Assembly (NCBI GenBank): GCA_963812565.1
Contig: CAWEVR010000006.1
Location: 216,199-280,198, forward strand
DNA: 64,000 nt
Source: an uncultured Acidobacteriota bacterium
GTDB taxonomy: Bacteria > Acidobacteriota > Terriglobia > Acidiferrales > UBA7541
Reading direction: 5' to 3'
Shown here: positions 46,588 through 57,879 of the stretch, in pieces
Layout of the letters: each line of letters begins with the position of its first letter
Position numbering within the stretch: the first letter of the stretch is position 1
The notes under the pieces: generated by a model
Databases searched by the model: none
Seen by the model: the letters and a program-made list of their open reading frames with translations, nothing else
Told to the model about the DNA's origin: nothing
Position numbers and translations under genes: made by a program

Positions 46588-46983
46588 ATGACGACCGATC
46601 CGATTGCCGATATGTTGACGCGGGTTCGAAACGCCGCGCGGGCAAAACACCCGCGCGTGGATTTACCGTCTTCCAAGCTGAAAGTGGAAGTCGCGCGCAT
46701 TCTGAAAGAGGAAGGCTATCTGGCGAATTTCAAGGTGATCGAAGAGAAGGGCAAAAGGACGCTGCGCGTCTTTTTGCGGTACACGCCGGATCGCCGGAGC
46801 GTGATCACCGACCTCAAGCGCATTTCCCGGCCCGGCTCACGGCGGTACGTGGGAAAGATGGACATTCGCGCGGTGGTGGGTGGGATGGGAATTTCGATTC
46901 TTTCCACGCCGCGGGGACTGATGACCGGCCAGGCGGCGCGCAAGCAAGGCGTGGGCGGGGAATTGCTTTGCGAGGTTTGGTAA
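46588..46983 (+). CDS. rpsH: 30S ribosomal protein S8
   Basis: TDPIADMLTRVRNA...GMGISILSTPRGLMT. Confidence 0.95.
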   Translation: MTTDPIADMLTRVRNAARAKHPRVDLPSSKLKVEVARILKEEGYLANFKVIEEKGKRTLRVFLRYTPDRRSVITDLKRISRPGSRRYVGKMDIRAVVGGMGISILSTPRGLMTGQAARKQGVGGELLCEVW

Positions 46984-47004
46984 ACCAGAGGATTTGAGAG
47001 AGCC

Positions 47005-47550
47005 ATGTCGAGAATTGGAAACAAACTGATTCCGCTTCCATCCGGCGTAAAGGTGCAGATCAAGGCCGGCGAGGTCGAAGTGCAGGGGCCCAAGGGCAAA
47101 ATGACGGTGCCGCTGCCGCACGGAATTCAATTCGAGCAGAAAGACGCCACGCTCATCGCCAAGCGCGATGCGGAACAACACCGCGCTTTGCATGGATTGG
47201 CGCGCGCGCTGGTTGCGAACGCCGTGACCGGCGTTACGACCGGATTCAAGAAGGATCTCGATATCGTGGGCGTCGGCTACCGCGCCGAAGTGAAGGGCAA
47301 GAACGTCGTTTTGGCGCTCGGATATTCGCATCCGATCGAGTTCGCCATCCCGGAGGGAATTCAGATTACGGTCGAGAAGCAGACGCATGTGACGGTCTCG
47401 GGGGCGGACAAGAATCGAGTGGGCCAGGTGGCCGCAAACCTCCGCGCCTTGCGCCCTCCCGATCCGTACAAGCAGAAGGGCATTCGCATTACCGGCGAGC
47501 GGTTGAAGAAGAAAGCCGGGAAGGCCGGCGCCGCCAAGACGGCAGCGTAG
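47005..47550 (+). CDS. rplF: 50S ribosomal protein L6
   Basis: [17 protein letters not shown]...[11 protein letters not shown]...[10 protein letters not shown]. Confidence 0.95.
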   Translation: MSRIGNKLIPLPSGVKVQIKAGEVEVQGPKGKMTVPLPHGIQFEQKDATLIAKRDAEQHRALHGLARALVANAVTGVTTGFKKDLDIVGVGYRAEVKGKNVVLALGYSHPIEFAIPEGIQITVEKQTHVTVSGADKNRVGQVAANLRALRPPDPYKQKGIRITGERLKKKAGKAGAAKTAA

Positions 47551-47568
47551 CCGAAAGGGAGAACGAGA

Positions 47569-47946
47569 GTGGCAGCACCGATTCGTAAACTGTCGAGTGA
47601 AGCGCACCGCCAACGAATTCACATGCGGATACGCAAGAGGATCTCGGGAACGCTCGAGCGCCCGCGGCTCTGCGTACACCGCTCGAGCAAGCACATTCGG
47701 GTTCAGGTGGTGGACGACAACACGGGCCGCACGATCGTCTCCGCGAGCTCGGTGGACAAGGAAATGCGCAAGACCCTTAAGGGAGGCGGCAATATTGCCG
47801 CCGCAAAAGTTGTGGGCAAGGCCATCGCCGAACGCGCCCGCGCAAAGGGCGTTGATAAGGTGGTCTTCGATCGCGGCGGGTATCAATACCACGGCCGCAT
47901 CCAGGCGCTTGCCGAAGCGGCCCGTGAGGCGGGCCTGAAGTTCTGA
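47569..47946 (+). CDS. rplR: 50S ribosomal protein L18
   Basis: GTG start. [20 protein letters not shown]...[28 protein letters not shown]. Confidence 0.95.
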   Translation: MAAPIRKLSSEAHRQRIHMRIRKRISGTLERPRLCVHRSSKHIRVQVVDDNTGRTIVSASSVDKEMRKTLKGGGNIAAAKVVGKAIAERARAKGVDKVVFDRGGYQYHGRIQALAEAAREAGLKF

Positions 47947-47951
47947 CACTT

Positions 47952-48488
47952 ATGCCGAAACAAGAGCTCAAAGATATTCTTTCGGTTCGCCGGCTGGTGA
48001 ATACCAACCAGTCCAATTTGAAAGATCAAGTGGTTTCGATCAACCGCGTGACGAAGGTCGTCAAGGGCGGAAAGAATCTCAGCTTCTCGGCGCTGGTCGT
48101 TGTCGGCGACCAGGGCGGACATGCCGGGTTCGGAATGGGCAAGGCCCGTGAAGTTCCCATGGCCATCCGCAAGGCCATCGAGCAAGCCAAGAAGAATATG
48201 GTCAAGCTGAATTTGAAAGGCACGACGATTCCGCACCTGGTTATCGGCCGCTACGGCTCGGGCCAAGTGCTGCTCAAGCCTGCTCCGGAAGGGACGGGCG
48301 TGATTGCCGGAGGGCCGGTGCGAGCGGTGATGGAAGTGGCGGGAATTCAAAACGTGCTGACGAAATCGCTGGGCACTTCGAACCCGCACAACGTGATCAA
48401 GGCGACGTTTGACGCCTTGTTGCATTTGAAAGATGCGGCGAAAGTGGCGGAAGGCCGCGGCAAGGGAGCGGAGGAAGCGGGTTCCTAG
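47952..48488 (+). CDS. rpsE: 30S ribosomal protein S5
   Basis: [27 protein letters not shown]...[13 protein letters not shown]. Confidence 0.95.
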   Translation: MPKQELKDILSVRRLVNTNQSNLKDQVVSINRVTKVVKGGKNLSFSALVVVGDQGGHAGFGMGKAREVPMAIRKAIEQAKKNMVKLNLKGTTIPHLVIGRYGSGQVLLKPAPEGTGVIAGGPVRAVMEVAGIQNVLTKSLGTSNPHNVIKATFDALLHLKDAAKVAEGRGKGAEEAGS

Positions 48489-48508
48489 CCGGTCCGCACA
48501 AAGAGACA

Positions 48509-48706
48509 ATGACAGCGACGAAGAAAAAATCGGGGACGCTGAAAATCAAATGGGTGGTCAGCTTCATCGGTTGCCCGCGCGCTATGCGGCAAACGATTCG
48601 TGGCCTGGGATTCCGCCGCATGAATCAAGTGGTGGAGCGCGAGGACACGCCGGCCATTCGCGGCATGGTCGCCAAGGTTCATCATCTGGTCAGGATCGAG
48701 GATTAG
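48509..48706 (+). CDS. rpmD: 50S ribosomal protein L30
   Basis: LKIKWVVSFIGCPRAMRQTIRGLGFRRMNQVV. Confidence 0.9.
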   Translation: MTATKKKSGTLKIKWVVSFIGCPRAMRQTIRGLGFRRMNQVVEREDTPAIRGMVAKVHHLVRIED

Positions 48707-48714
48707 GGACAGCC

Positions 48715-49164
48715 ATGGAACCGACTCTATCGAATTTGAAGCCCCCGCGCGGCTCGCGCCATCGCAAGGTGCGAGTGGGGCGCGGCATGGGCTCGAAGCT
48801 CGGCAAGACGTCTGGCGCGGGTAACAAAGGCCAGCAGTCTCGCCGGGGTTATTCCCGACGCGCCGGATTTGAAGGCGGCCAGATGCCGCTGCACCGGCGT
48901 TTGCCGAAGCGCGGCTTTCGGAGTCCGTCACCGAAGACGTTCGCGGTAGTCAACGTGGAGAGCCTCAACGGTTTTGAGGCCGGTGAGACGATCACGCCGG
49001 AATTGCTGGCCGGGGCCGGGATCGTGCGGGCGATGCGGAGCGGTGTAAAGATTTTGGGCGATGGTGAATTGAAAGTCGCACTGACGGTGCGCGCGCACGC
49101 CTTCAGCAAGTCGGCGCAGGAGAAAATCACGGGCGCCGGCGGGAAGATCGAAATTCTGAAATGA
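48715..49164 (+). CDS. rplO: 50S ribosomal protein L15
   Basis: LSNLKPPRGSRHRKVRVGRGMGSKLGKTSGAGNKGQ. Start at the internal ATG 48715 of the longer ORF-track call. Confidence 0.95.
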   Translation: MEPTLSNLKPPRGSRHRKVRVGRGMGSKLGKTSGAGNKGQQSRRGYSRRAGFEGGQMPLHRRLPKRGFRSPSPKTFAVVNVESLNGFEAGETITPELLAGAGIVRAMRSGVKILGDGELKVALTVRAHAFSKSAQEKITGAGGKIEILK

Positions 49165-50570
49165 GGAAGCTCTTCGAGGCATTCCGGAATATCTTCAGCA
49201 CGCCGGACCTGCGTAATCGCGTCCTGTTTACGCTGGCGTTGCTGGGGGTGTACCGCCTCGGCGCTTTCATACCGACTCCGGGAATCAATACCGACCTGCT
49301 GCAACAGTTGTTCGAGCGGGGTCAGGGATCGATGCTGGGGATTTTCGACCTGTTCAGCGGCGGCAACCTCCGCCGGCTTACGATTTTCGCTCTGGGAATC
49401 ATGCCGTACATTACGGCGTCGATTATTTTGCAATTGATGGTGGTTGTCTGGCCCTACCTCGAGCGGTTGCAGAAGGAAGGCGAGCTCGGGCGGCGGAAAA
49501 TCACGCAATACACGAGGTATTTGACGATTATCCTGAGCGCGTTTCAGTCGTTCACGATCGCGCAGGCGCTAATGCGCCAAAGCATGTCCGGGCAATCGCT
49601 CGTCTATCACCCGGGCGCGCGTTTCGTCCTGATGACGATGCTGACGCTGACGACGGGTTCGGCTTTCATAATGTGGCTCGGCGAGCAAATCAGCGATCGG
49701 GGAATCGGCAACGGGATGTCGCTCATTATTTTTGCGGGCATCGTTGTGGGGCTGCCTCGCGCAGTGCAAGACCTCTGGGTGAAAGCGTCCACGCAGCAGT
49801 GGGGCTCGTTCACGCCTATCGCGCTGCTGGCGCTGATTGCTTTGATGGCCGGGGTGGTGGCTTTCATCGTGTTCGTCGAAGGGGGGCAGCGGCGCATCCC
49901 CGTGCAGTACGCAAAGCGGGTGATGGGGCGCAAGGTGATGGGCGGGCAGATGACGTATCTGCCGCTGCGGGTGAATTCCGGCGGCGTGATCCCTCCCATT
50001 TTCGCCAGCTCGCTGCTGACTTTTCCGCAAACGCTGGAGCTTTTCTTTCAGGGAAAGTCTCATGCTTTTGAAAGGTTTGCCAATTCGATTCGCTGGGGCG
50101 AGCCGCTCTACACGCTGGTCTACGTCACGCTGATCATCTTTTTTGCATTTTTCTACGTGGGGATCATTTTCAACCCCACCGAGCTGGCCGACAACATGCG
50201 GAAATACGGCGGCTTCATTCCCGGGATTCGGCCGGGGCGGAATACGTCGGAATACATCAACCGCATTTTGACGCGGCTGACGCTGGTCGGCGGCGTCTAT
50301 TTAGCGATTGTTTGCCTGCTTCCGGAATGGATGATTTCCGGGATCCACTTGCAGCACTTGCCGATATGGCTGGGCGGCGAATGGTTTGACAAGCACATGT
50401 GGCGGTTCGTGCTCGACGGGCTGAACGTGCAGTTTTATTTCGGCGGCACTTCGTTGCTGATCGTGGTCGGCGTGGCGATGGACACGGTGCAGCAGCTCGA
50501 AGCGCAATTGGTGATGCGCAATTACGACGGCTTTGTCCGCAAAGGCCGGATGCGAAGCCGTCGCGGTTAA
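49161..50570 (+). CDS. secY: Preprotein translocase subunit SecY
   Basis: A 469-aa polytopic membrane protein (LGIMPYITASIILQL, GEQISDRGIGNG). Its ATGA overlaps the rplO stop. Confidence 0.95.
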   Translation: MRKLFEAFRNIFSTPDLRNRVLFTLALLGVYRLGAFIPTPGINTDLLQQLFERGQGSMLGIFDLFSGGNLRRLTIFALGIMPYITASIILQLMVVVWPYLERLQKEGELGRRKITQYTRYLTIILSAFQSFTIAQALMRQSMSGQSLVYHPGARFVLMTMLTLTTGSAFIMWLGEQISDRGIGNGMSLIIFAGIVVGLPRAVQDLWVKASTQQWGSFTPIALLALIALMAGVVAFIVFVEGGQRRIPVQYAKRVMGRKVMGGQMTYLPLRVNSGGVIPPIFASSLLTFPQTLELFFQGKSHAFERFANSIRWGEPLYTLVYVTLIIFFAFFYVGIIFNPTELADNMRKYGGFIPGIRPGRNTSEYINRILTRLTLVGGVYLAIVCLLPEWMISGIHLQHLPIWLGGEWFDKHMWRFVLDGLNVQFYFGGTSLLIVVGVAMDTVQQLEAQLVMRNYDGFVRKGRMRSRRG

Positions 50571-50592
50571 TTCCCGTTCGTCGGCGGTGAAG

Positions 50593-51258
50593 ATGGCGCT
50601 CCATCGGGCGTTAATTTTCTTGGGACCGCCGGGGGCCGGGAAAGGCACCCAGGCGAAGCGCATCGCGCAGCGGTATCAAGTGCCGCATCTTTCGACGGGC
50701 GACATGTTTCGCGATGCGGTCGCTCGCGGCACCGCGCTGGGCCTTCTGGCCAAGCCGATCATGGATCGCGGCGCGCTGGTGCCGGATGAAATTGTGATAG
50801 GTATGGTGGAGGAGAGGCTGGCGCGGCCGGATTGCGCGGGCGGGTTCCTGTTCGACGGGTTCCCGCGGACGATTCCGCAGGCCGAAGCGCTCGACGGCAT
50901 TCTCGAACGGCAAGGGTTCGGCAAACCGCTCGTCGTTGATTTTGAGGTGAGCGAAGAGAAGCTTCTGCGGCGTTTGGCCGGCCGCTGGACGTGCAGTGTC
51001 GGCGGTGAGATTTACAATATTTACGAGCACCCGCCGAAGGTTCCGGGGATTTGCGATCGCGACGGCGGCAAGCTGTTTCAGCGCCCCGATGACCGGCCCG
51101 AAGTGGTGAGAGAACGGCTGGTGTCGTACGAGCGGCAGACGAAGCCGCTTGCAGAGTATTACCGGCAGCGCGGCGTGCTGGAGGTCGTGGACGGTTCGGA
51201 AGACGTGGAAGCGGTAGGCCGTGCGCTGGATGGAATCTTGAAGCGCGCGGAAGGGTGA
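50593..51258 (+). CDS. adk: Adenylate kinase
   Basis: [15 protein letters not shown]-loop, LSTGDMFR and FLFDGFPRT. Start at the internal ATG 50593. Confidence 0.95.
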   Translation: MALHRALIFLGPPGAGKGTQAKRIAQRYQVPHLSTGDMFRDAVARGTALGLLAKPIMDRGALVPDEIVIGMVEERLARPDCAGGFLFDGFPRTIPQAEALDGILERQGFGKPLVVDFEVSEEKLLRRLAGRWTCSVGGEIYNIYEHPPKVPGICDRDGGKLFQRPDDRPEVVRERLVSYERQTKPLAEYYRQRGVLEVVDGSEDVEAVGRALDGILKRAEG

Positions 51259-51259
51259 G

Positions 51260-52033
51260 ATGGTCATCTGTAAATCGCCGGCAGAGCTGGAGAAGATGCA
51301 TCAGGCGGGATTGATCGTCTGGGGCGCGCTCGAAAAGATGCGCGCGATGGTCCGGCCGGGCATTTCGACGAAGGACTTGGACGACTTCGCAGAGACGTAC
51401 ACGACGGAGCGCAAGGCGCGGCCCGCGTTCAAGGGTTACCGGGGATATCCGAGTTCGGTGTGCACCTCGATCAATCAGGAGGTGGTGCACGGGATTCCGT
51501 CGCCGGGGCGGCGGCTGCGCGAAGGCGACATCCTCTCGATGGATTTCGGGGTCGAGCTGGAGGGCTACTTTGCGGACGCGGCGCTGACGGTTCCAGTGGG
51601 CAAGGTCGCTCCGGAGCGGGAAAAGCTGCTTCGCGTAACGCGCGAGTCACTCGAGCACGGAATCGAAAAGGTGCGGGCAGGCAATCGGCTCGGGGACATC
51701 TCGGCCGCGGTCCAGGGCTGGGTGGAGAAAAACGGATTTTCGGTGGTGCGCGAATTTGTGGGCCATGGGATTGGCACGCAGATGCATGAGGACCCGCAGC
51801 TTCCGAATTTCGGCCCGCCGGGACAAGGGCCGCGGTTGCAAGAGGGCATGGTGCTTGCGATCGAACCGATGGTGAACCGGGGCGGCCCGGGCGTGAAAGT
51901 GCTGGACGACGACTGGACCGCAGTGACGACCGACGGCAGCGATTCAGCGCATTTCGAGCATACGGTCGCCGTCACCGCCGACGGCCCGTGGATTTTGACG
52001 CGGCCCAAAAAAGCAAGCGGGCCGGTGTGGTAA
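51260..52033 (+). CDS. map: Methionine aminopeptidase, type I
   Basis: [26 protein letters not shown] and LAIEPM. Confidence 0.95.
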   Translation: MVICKSPAELEKMHQAGLIVWGALEKMRAMVRPGISTKDLDDFAETYTTERKARPAFKGYRGYPSSVCTSINQEVVHGIPSPGRRLREGDILSMDFGVELEGYFADAALTVPVGKVAPEREKLLRVTRESLEHGIEKVRAGNRLGDISAAVQGWVEKNGFSVVREFVGHGIGTQMHEDPQLPNFGPPGQGPRLQEGMVLAIEPMVNRGGPGVKVLDDDWTAVTTDGSDSAHFEHTVAVTADGPWILTRPKKASGPVW

Positions 52034-52072
52034 GAGGGAGAGCCGGTACATCGAGTTTTCAGACAGGAGCGC

Positions 52073-52336
52073 ATGGGCAGAAGGCCTGAGCGGGAAAAAA
52101 AGAAGCCGGGCGAAGGTAGCGGGAAAGAAGACGCCATCGAAGTGATGGCGACGGTGGTTGAGCCGCTTCCGAATGCGATGTTTCGCGTTGAGCTGGAAAA
52201 CAAGCATCAGGTACTGGCTCATATCTCCGGAAAGATGCGGAAGAATTTCATTCGCATATTGCCCGGGGATCGCGTGGCGGTCGAGCTTTCGCCGTACGAC
52301 TTGACGCGCGGCCGGATTGTTTACCGGTACAAGTAG
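52073..52336 (+). CDS. infA: Translation initiation factor IF-1 with a ~15-aa basic N-terminal extension
   Basis: [69 protein letters not shown], preceded by [17 protein letters not shown]. Confidence 0.93.
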   Translation: MGRRPEREKKKPGEGSGKEDAIEVMATVVEPLPNAMFRVELENKHQVLAHISGKMRKNFIRILPGDRVAVELSPYDLTRGRIVYRYK

Positions 52337-52375
52337 CGCGCATCGCCGGGAGCGGCGAGAAGGACGGAGTTGAAT

Positions 52376-52489
52376 ATGAAGGTTCGGGCATCGGTAAAGA
52401 AAATTTGCATGAAGTGCAAGGTGGTTCATCGGCGCGGCGTGGTGCGCGTGATTTGCGTTAATCCAAAGCACCGCCAGCGCCAGGGTTAG
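52376..52489 (+). CDS. rpmJ: 50S ribosomal protein L36 (zinc-ribbon form, 37 aa), absent from the ORF track
   Basis: Manual translation gives [37 protein letters not shown], with a TAG stop at 52487-52489. Confidence 0.93.
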   Translation: MKVRASVKKICMKCKVVHRRGVVRVICVNPKHRQRQG

Positions 52490-52501
52490 GGAGGACGCAA
52501 A

Positions 52502-52888
52502 ATGGCACGCATTGCAGGTGTGGATCTTCCGCCGAACAAGCGCCTTTGGGTCGGACTGACGGCGATCTACGGGATCGGGCACGCGCGCGCAAAATCGCTC
52601 GCGGAAAAGGCGAAAGTGGATCCCACGAAAAAGATCAAGGACCTCACCGAAGATGAGGTGACGCATCTGCGCGCTGCGATCGAGTCCGAAGGGCGCATCG
52701 AGGGCGATCTCCGCAAAGAGATGCAGATGAATATTCGGCGGCTGATCGAAATCCAGTGCTACCGCGGCTTGCGTCATCGCCGGAATCTTCCGGTGCGCGG
52801 CCAGCGGACGCACACGAACGCGCGCACGCGAAAGGGACCGCGCAAGGGTGCGGTGGCTACCAAGAAGAAGGTCATGGCGCGCAAGTAG
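52502..52888 (+). CDS. rpsM: 30S ribosomal protein S13
   Basis: [14 protein letters not shown]...[26 protein letters not shown]. Confidence 0.95.
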   Translation: MARIAGVDLPPNKRLWVGLTAIYGIGHARAKSLAEKAKVDPTKKIKDLTEDEVTHLRAAIESEGRIEGDLRKEMQMNIRRLIEIQCYRGLRHRRNLPVRGQRTHTNARTRKGPRKGAVATKKKVMARK

Positions 52889-52912
52889 GATTCGAAAAGG
52901 AGAAGGAACAAA

Positions 52913-53359
52913 GTGGCCAAAGAACCTCAGGACGCCGCCGCTGCTCCGGCAGCACCGGCGAAAACTTCCAAACGCAAGAAGGAATTCCGGAAGAAGAAGG
53001 AAAAGCGCGTTGTGCCGCACGGCGTAGTGTGCATCACGGCCACATTCAACAACACGATGGTGACCTTGACCGATCCCGACGGCCGCGTGGTGAGCTGGGC
53101 TACGTCTGGTTCGGTCGGATTCAAGGGCTCTCGCAAGGGCACTCCATACGCTGCACAGCAGGCGGCGATGACTGCCGCGGGAGTGGCGCGCGATCAATAC
53201 GGGATGAAATCGGTCGAGGTGCGCGTTAAAGGGCCGGGCGCGGGACGAGAGTCCGCCGTTCGCGCGCTGGCTTCGTCGGGGCTGCACATCAACGCGATCA
53301 AAGATGTGACGCCCGTTCCGCACAATGGGTGCCGGCCGCCGAAGCGCCGGCGCGTGTAG
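52913..53359 (+). CDS. rpsK: 30S ribosomal protein S11 with an Ala/Lys-rich N-terminal extension
   Basis: GTG start with AAGGAGAAGG upstream. [18 protein letters not shown]...[14 protein letters not shown]...[18 protein letters not shown]. Confidence 0.95.
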   Translation: MAKEPQDAAAAPAAPAKTSKRKKEFRKKKEKRVVPHGVVCITATFNNTMVTLTDPDGRVVSWATSGSVGFKGSRKGTPYAAQQAAMTAAGVARDQYGMKSVEVRVKGPGAGRESAVRALASSGLHINAIKDVTPVPHNGCRPPKRRRV

Positions 53360-53457
53360 CAGGGTTTTGAAGGGCGGGACTTCAGCCCCGCCGCAAGCAA
53401 CGAGCCGTGAGCAGGCATTAGCCTCTGAAGCACGGACTCGAAGAAGGAGAAAAGCAC

Positions 53458-54090
53458 TTGGCAAGACATCGTGAAGCGGTATGCCGGCTGTGCCGACGGG
53501 AAGGGCAGAAGCTCTTCCTGAAAGGCCTGCGGTGTTTTACGGAGAAATGCGCGATTGAGAAGCGCAATTTTGTTCCCGGGCAACACGGCCAGGCGCGCCG
53601 ACCGAAGATGGTCGGCTACGGCGTGCAATTGCGCGAAAAACAGAAGGTGAAGCGCACCTACGGGCTGCTGGAGCGGCAGTTCCGCACCTATTTCGAAAAG
53701 TCCGAGCGCGCCAAGGGGCCGACAGGCTCGAACCTGATCGTGATGCTCGAACGCCGTCTCGACAACGTGGTCTATCGCATGGGGCTCGCCGGTTCGCGCT
53801 CGCAGGCGCGCCAGTTCGTCCTGCACGGCCATATCCGCGTGAAGGGCCAGAAAGTGAATATTCCGAGTTACCTGGTGCAGGTGGGCGACGAAATCGCCAT
53901 CAAAGAAAACATGCACCGAAACACGATGGTGCTCGAGGCGCGCAACCTGGCGCAAAGCCAGGGCATGGCTCCGTGGCTCGATATCGACCGCGAGAATTTC
54001 AAGGCGCGGGTGGTCTCGCTGCCGCGGCGCGAAGACGTGCAAACGCCGCCGATGAACGAGCAACTCATCGTCGAACTTTATTCGAAGTAA
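53458..54090 (+). CDS. rpsD: 30S ribosomal protein S4
   Basis: TTG start with GAAGGAGA upstream. ARHREAVCRLCRREGQKLFLKG...LERRLDNVVYRMG. Confidence 0.95.
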   Translation: MARHREAVCRLCRREGQKLFLKGLRCFTEKCAIEKRNFVPGQHGQARRPKMVGYGVQLREKQKVKRTYGLLERQFRTYFEKSERAKGPTGSNLIVMLERRLDNVVYRMGLAGSRSQARQFVLHGHIRVKGQKVNIPSYLVQVGDEIAIKENMHRNTMVLEARNLAQSQGMAPWLDIDRENFKARVVSLPRREDVQTPPMNEQLIVELYSK

Positions 54091-54158
54091 GACAGCCAGT
54101 TTATCTCGATGGGTAATTTCGATGGTCCGCTGCGCGCGGGCCAGGAGGAAGGGCAAAG

Positions 54159-55187
54159 ATGTGGAAAGGCTTTCAAAAACCAAAGAGGTTGGCAGCAGAA
54201 CCGGAAACACTCACCGATAAATACGGGAAATTTTCCGCGCAGCCGTTTGAGCGCGGTTGGGGGACCACCGTCGGCAACGCGTTGCGGCGCGCCCTGCTGA
54301 GCTCGATCGAGGGCGCCGCGATCACGGCGGTGAAAATCGAAGGCGTGTTGCACGAATTCTCGCCGATCCCCGGCGTGGTCGAGGACGCCACGGACATCAT
54401 CCTCAATCTGAAGGCGGTTCCGCTGAAGTTGAATACCGACCAGCCGAAGACGATCACGTTGATCGTGGAAACGCCCGGGCCGGTAACGTCTGCGAAAATC
54501 GAAGAGGACGCCGACATCGCCGTACTCGACAAGAACGTTTATATCGCAACGGTCAGTGAGGGAGGGAAACTCGAGCTGGAGTTGCGCATCAAGAACGGCC
54601 GCGGCTACGTCGCCGCGGACCGGAATTTCGACGAGGACCTGCCGATCGGCTACATCCCGATCGATTCGGTTCACTCGCCGGTGCGCAAGGTGAACTACGC
54701 CGTGGAAGCCGCGCGTCTCGGCCAGATGACCGACTACGAAAAGCTGACGCTCGAAGTCTGGACCAACGCCGCGATCACACCGCAGGATTCGATTGGTTTG
54801 GCCTCCAAGCTCATCAAGGACCACATGAGTATCTTCATCAACTTCGAGGAGACGCCCGACCTTCCCGAGGAAGTCGTCGAAAGCTACAACGATCCCAGGC
54901 TCGAATACCTCGACCGTTCGGTGGAGGAGCTGGAGCTTTCAGTGCGGTCCTACAATTGCTTGAAGAACGCAAACATTCAAAACCTGCGCGAACTCGTGCA
55001 GAAAACCGAGTCCGAGATGCTCAAGACGAAAAACTTCGGGCGAAAGTCACTGAATGAGATCAAGGACATTCTCCTGAAGATGGGCCTCAGCCTCGGGATG
55101 AAGTTCGACGAACACGGACGCATCATCTGGCCTCCGCTTCCCAGCCAGACGGCGCCGCCGCCGGCAGAGGAGACCACGGCCCTTTAG
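54159..55187 (+). CDS. rpoA: DNA-directed RNA polymerase alpha subunit
   Basis: [27 protein letters not shown] ... the C-terminal domain [23 protein letters not shown]. Confidence 0.97.
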   Translation: MWKGFQKPKRLAAEPETLTDKYGKFSAQPFERGWGTTVGNALRRALLSSIEGAAITAVKIEGVLHEFSPIPGVVEDATDIILNLKAVPLKLNTDQPKTITLIVETPGPVTSAKIEEDADIAVLDKNVYIATVSEGGKLELELRIKNGRGYVAADRNFDEDLPIGYIPIDSVHSPVRKVNYAVEAARLGQMTDYEKLTLEVWTNAAITPQDSIGLASKLIKDHMSIFINFEETPDLPEEVVESYNDPRLEYLDRSVEELELSVRSYNCLKNANIQNLRELVQKTESEMLKTKNFGRKSLNEIKDILLKMGLSLGMKFDEHGRIIWPPLPSQTAPPPAEETTAL

Positions 55188-55203
55188 GCTGCGGAACGCA
55201 AAC

Positions 55204-55641
55204 ATGAGACACCTCGTTTCAGGCTCCAAGCTCGGACGCAATCCGGCGCATCGTCGCGCGACGCTGCGCAATCTCGTGACGAATCTCATCGAGAAGGAAC
55301 GCATCCACACCACACTGCTGCGCGCCAAAGCGACTCGCCCGCTCGCCGAGCGAATGATTACGCTCGGCAAGCGCGATTCGCTCCACGCGCGGCGGCAAGC
55401 AGCGGCGTATCTGACGACTCCCGAGGCGACCCAGAAACTCTTCGCGGATCTCGCTCCGCGATTTGCGGATCGTGCGGGCGGCTATACGCGTGTCGTTCGG
55501 ACTGGCTGGCGGCTCGGCGACGGAGCCGAACTTGCCATCCTCGAATTCATTGGGTCCGAGTTGAAGAAGAAGGAAAAGAAATCGAAGAAGGAAAAGGCCG
55601 AAGTGGCTCCGGAAGAGAAGGAAGCCGTCGCGGCGAAGTAG
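55204..55641 (+). CDS. rplQ: 50S ribosomal protein L17 with a Lys/Glu-rich C-terminal tail
   Basis: [24 protein letters not shown]...GGYTRV, then [27 protein letters not shown]. Confidence 0.95.
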   Translation: MRHLVSGSKLGRNPAHRRATLRNLVTNLIEKERIHTTLLRAKATRPLAERMITLGKRDSLHARRQAAAYLTTPEATQKLFADLAPRFADRAGGYTRVVRTGWRLGDGAELAILEFIGSELKKKEKKSKKEKAEVAPEEKEAVAAK

Positions 55642-55665
55642 ATCTCTCGAACCATCGAAACATTT

Positions 55666-55703
55666 GGCCCGCCCCGGAAGGACCGAGGCGGGCCGATTTT
55701 TTT
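55666..55703 (+). terminator. Rho-independent terminator ending the ribosomal superoperon
   Basis: GGCCCGCC-13 nt loop-GGCGGGCC followed by gaTTTTTTT, 25 nt after the rplQ stop. Confidence 0.7.
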
Positions 55704-55715
55704 GGCAGCTCCGGC

Positions 55716-55967
55716 CTACTTCAAAGTGATGGTCATTACCGCAATTTCTGCCTTCTTGAGACTCTCAACGGTCTTCGTCAGTGCTCCCTGAGAAGCCCCC
55801 AATCCGAGCAGATATTGTTCAGCATCGTGCCACGTCTGAAAGCGAAGAGACAGCACGGGCTGGGCCTTTCCCTCAGGCGGGTAAACCTCTCCAGGCAAAC
55901 CAATTTCTGTGATATTGACTAACAGAATGGTGTGATTCAAGGTGTGAACAAGGAATCTGTGTTTCAC
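55716..55967 (-). CDS. Hypothetical small protein
   Basis: An 83-aa ORF starting 9 nt after the upstream M61 gene's stop. It is AT-richer and no family was recognised. Confidence 0.4.
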   Translation of the reverse strand: MKHRFLVHTLNHTILLVNITEIGLPGEVYPPEGKAQPVLSLRFQTWHDAEQYLLGLGASQGALTKTVESLKKAEIAVMTITLK

Positions 55968-55976
55968 GACCAGCCC

Positions 55977-57833
55977 CTACTTCACACCGAGCCAACTGCT
56001 AAAGATGGCCTTCTGCCGATCGGTGGGATTGTCCATAGGCTTGAGCGTATAGACCCAATACGGGTCTGCGGCTACTGCGACGGAGATTTCCTTCACCGCG
56101 CCAAGGTGCAGGACCATGACTTTGATCGTGTCGCCCGGCTTGTGACGAGCGACCGCTCTTGTGAAGCCGTCGAAATCGACCGCGCGGTCGTCCGCAGCAA
56201 GAATCACATCGTTGCGGTCGAGTCCTGCCGCTTCGGCCGGGCCGCCCGGAATGACATCCTTGACGCTGGCACGGCCATTGTCGCCCTCCGCTGTCGTGAG
56301 CCCGATCCATGGCTTACCCGCCTCGAGGTTCTTTTCGACGGAGATTCCCGCGTAGCTGAAATACTCCTCATAGGGAATCGGCTCTTTGCCGCTGATGTAC
56401 CGGGTAAAGATTTCGCCCAGATCCTTGCCCGCCACTTCCGACGCCGCATGAACCGCATCGTCGGGCTCGAATCCGGGTTTCGGGAGCGCGTAGCGTGAAT
56501 AGAGGAGCCGCATCCAATCGTCGAGCGATTTCTCATTGGCGGTGCTCTCGCGGATTGCGAAATCGAGTATGTGCCCCATGATTTGCCCGCCGTCGTAATA
56601 CGAGTACAACGTGTTCGCGAGATTGTTTTCCTGCTGAACGGCGCCGCCGCGCGGGAGCCACGTGTCCCAGCTCGTATCTTCGATGCTGCGCTCGGTGCGG
56701 CCCGGCTCCTGCTCGAATTTAGTGATGAGCTTTCCGATATCATCGAGGTACCGCTGGGGTGTGATGAGGCCGGCGCGCACAAGAGCGAGCGAGCCGTAGT
56801 AGCTCGTAAGCCCCTCGGAAATCCACAGCGACGGCGTGTGCACCATCTGCGTGTAGTCGAATGGCCCGAGCGGGCGTGGCCGCAGCCGTTTCACGTTCCA
56901 GGCGTGGAAAAATTCGTGCGACGCCACGAATAGCTTCAAATCATACTGCGAGCCGCGGCCGCCGGCTGCCGGGCCCGTGTTATCCCAGTCGGTAGGGTAA
57001 TTGATCTGGGTCGAGTTCAAATGCTCGAGCCCGCCTCCCGTCTTCGGCCAGATGTGGAAGAGGAACCAGTACTCCTTGAAAGGGGCCGCCTGTTCCTTCC
57101 CCGCGACCGGCTGGAACATGGACACGCTGGTCTCCACGAACTTCTGCACCTCCTCCGTGAACTTGGTGAAATCCTTATGGCCTTCGACGTCGTGGACGAT
57201 CACGTGGTATGTGGTGCCGAGCACTTGAAAATCTTTTTCCGCGAAGTCCGAGATTTCGAGCGGCGCATCAGCAAACCAATCGTAGTCCGCGGCGCGAAAA
57301 GTATGATCCGTCGTTCGCTCCATCCCCGTGGCCACTTTCCAGCCCGCGGGGACCGCGATGGAAAGTTCAATCGCGCGCTCCTTCCCGCCCACCAGATACA
57401 TCCAGACCGCAGGGCCGCCGATGAAAGCGTGCCGCTCGTTGTACTGCGCGAGATTATTTTGCAGCGTGTTTCCGTATACCTGATATTCCACCGTCGCCGC
57501 CTTCGCGCCGGCGAGCTGGATCCGCCAGGTTTGGCTGTCCGTCTTGCGCCAGGCTAGCTTATGGCCGTCGGCGCCAACCGCGCGAAATCGCTGCACGTTT
57601 GCAGCGTAATTCTCGATGTAGTAGGAGCCGGGCGCCCAGTCGGGCATGGCGAATTCCACCGTCGATCCCTCGAGCGAGTTCGCACGGATGGTGACGTCCA
57701 TCAGATGTGTATTCGGGCGCTCGAAGCCCAACTCGTAGAGCAGCGGGCCCGCGGCAGCAGAGGCGGATGTGATCAGAAACAGCGAGGCCGCGAGGGGCAG
57801 GAAGAATTGCAGCATGCGGCGAATCATTTTCAT
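55977..57833 (-). CDS. M61 family glycyl aminopeptidase with a C-terminal PDZ domain
   Basis: Signal peptide, an HEFFHAWNVK zinc motif, and a PDZ-like segment (GIPGGPAEAAGLDRNDVILAADD). Confidence 0.85.
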   Translation of the reverse strand: MKMIRRMLQFFLPLAASLFLITSASAAAGPLLYELGFERPNTHLMDVTIRANSLEGSTVEFAMPDWAPGSYYIENYAANVQRFRAVGADGHKLAWRKTDSQTWRIQLAGAKAATVEYQVYGNTLQNNLAQYNERHAFIGGPAVWMYLVGGKERAIELSIAVPAGWKVATGMERTTDHTFRAADYDWFADAPLEISDFAEKDFQVLGTTYHVIVHDVEGHKDFTKFTEEVQKFVETSVSMFQPVAGKEQAAPFKEYWFLFHIWPKTGGGLEHLNSTQINYPTDWDNTGPAAGGRGSQYDLKLFVASHEFFHAWNVKRLRPRPLGPFDYTQMVHTPSLWISEGLTSYYGSLALVRAGLITPQRYLDDIGKLITKFEQEPGRTERSIEDTSWDTWLPRGGAVQQENNLANTLYSYYDGGQIMGHILDFAIRESTANEKSLDDWMRLLYSRYALPKPGFEPDDAVHAASEVAGKDLGEIFTRYISGKEPIPYEEYFSYAGISVEKNLEAGKPWIGLTTAEGDNGRASVKDVIPGGPAEAAGLDRNDVILAADDRAVDFDGFTRAVARHKPGDTIKVMVLHLGAVKEISVAVAADPYWVYTLKPMDNPTDRQKAIFSSWLGVK

Positions 57834-57879
57834 CTCCTTTCGACGGGCATCGAAGATCAGTCCCGGCGCACCGCACAGC

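Noticed and set aside
51944-54210. Minus-strand ORFs of 506 aa and 338 aa opposite infA-rpsM-rpsK-rpsD.
   Set aside because: The same reasoning applies. They are shadow ORFs antisense to conserved genes.
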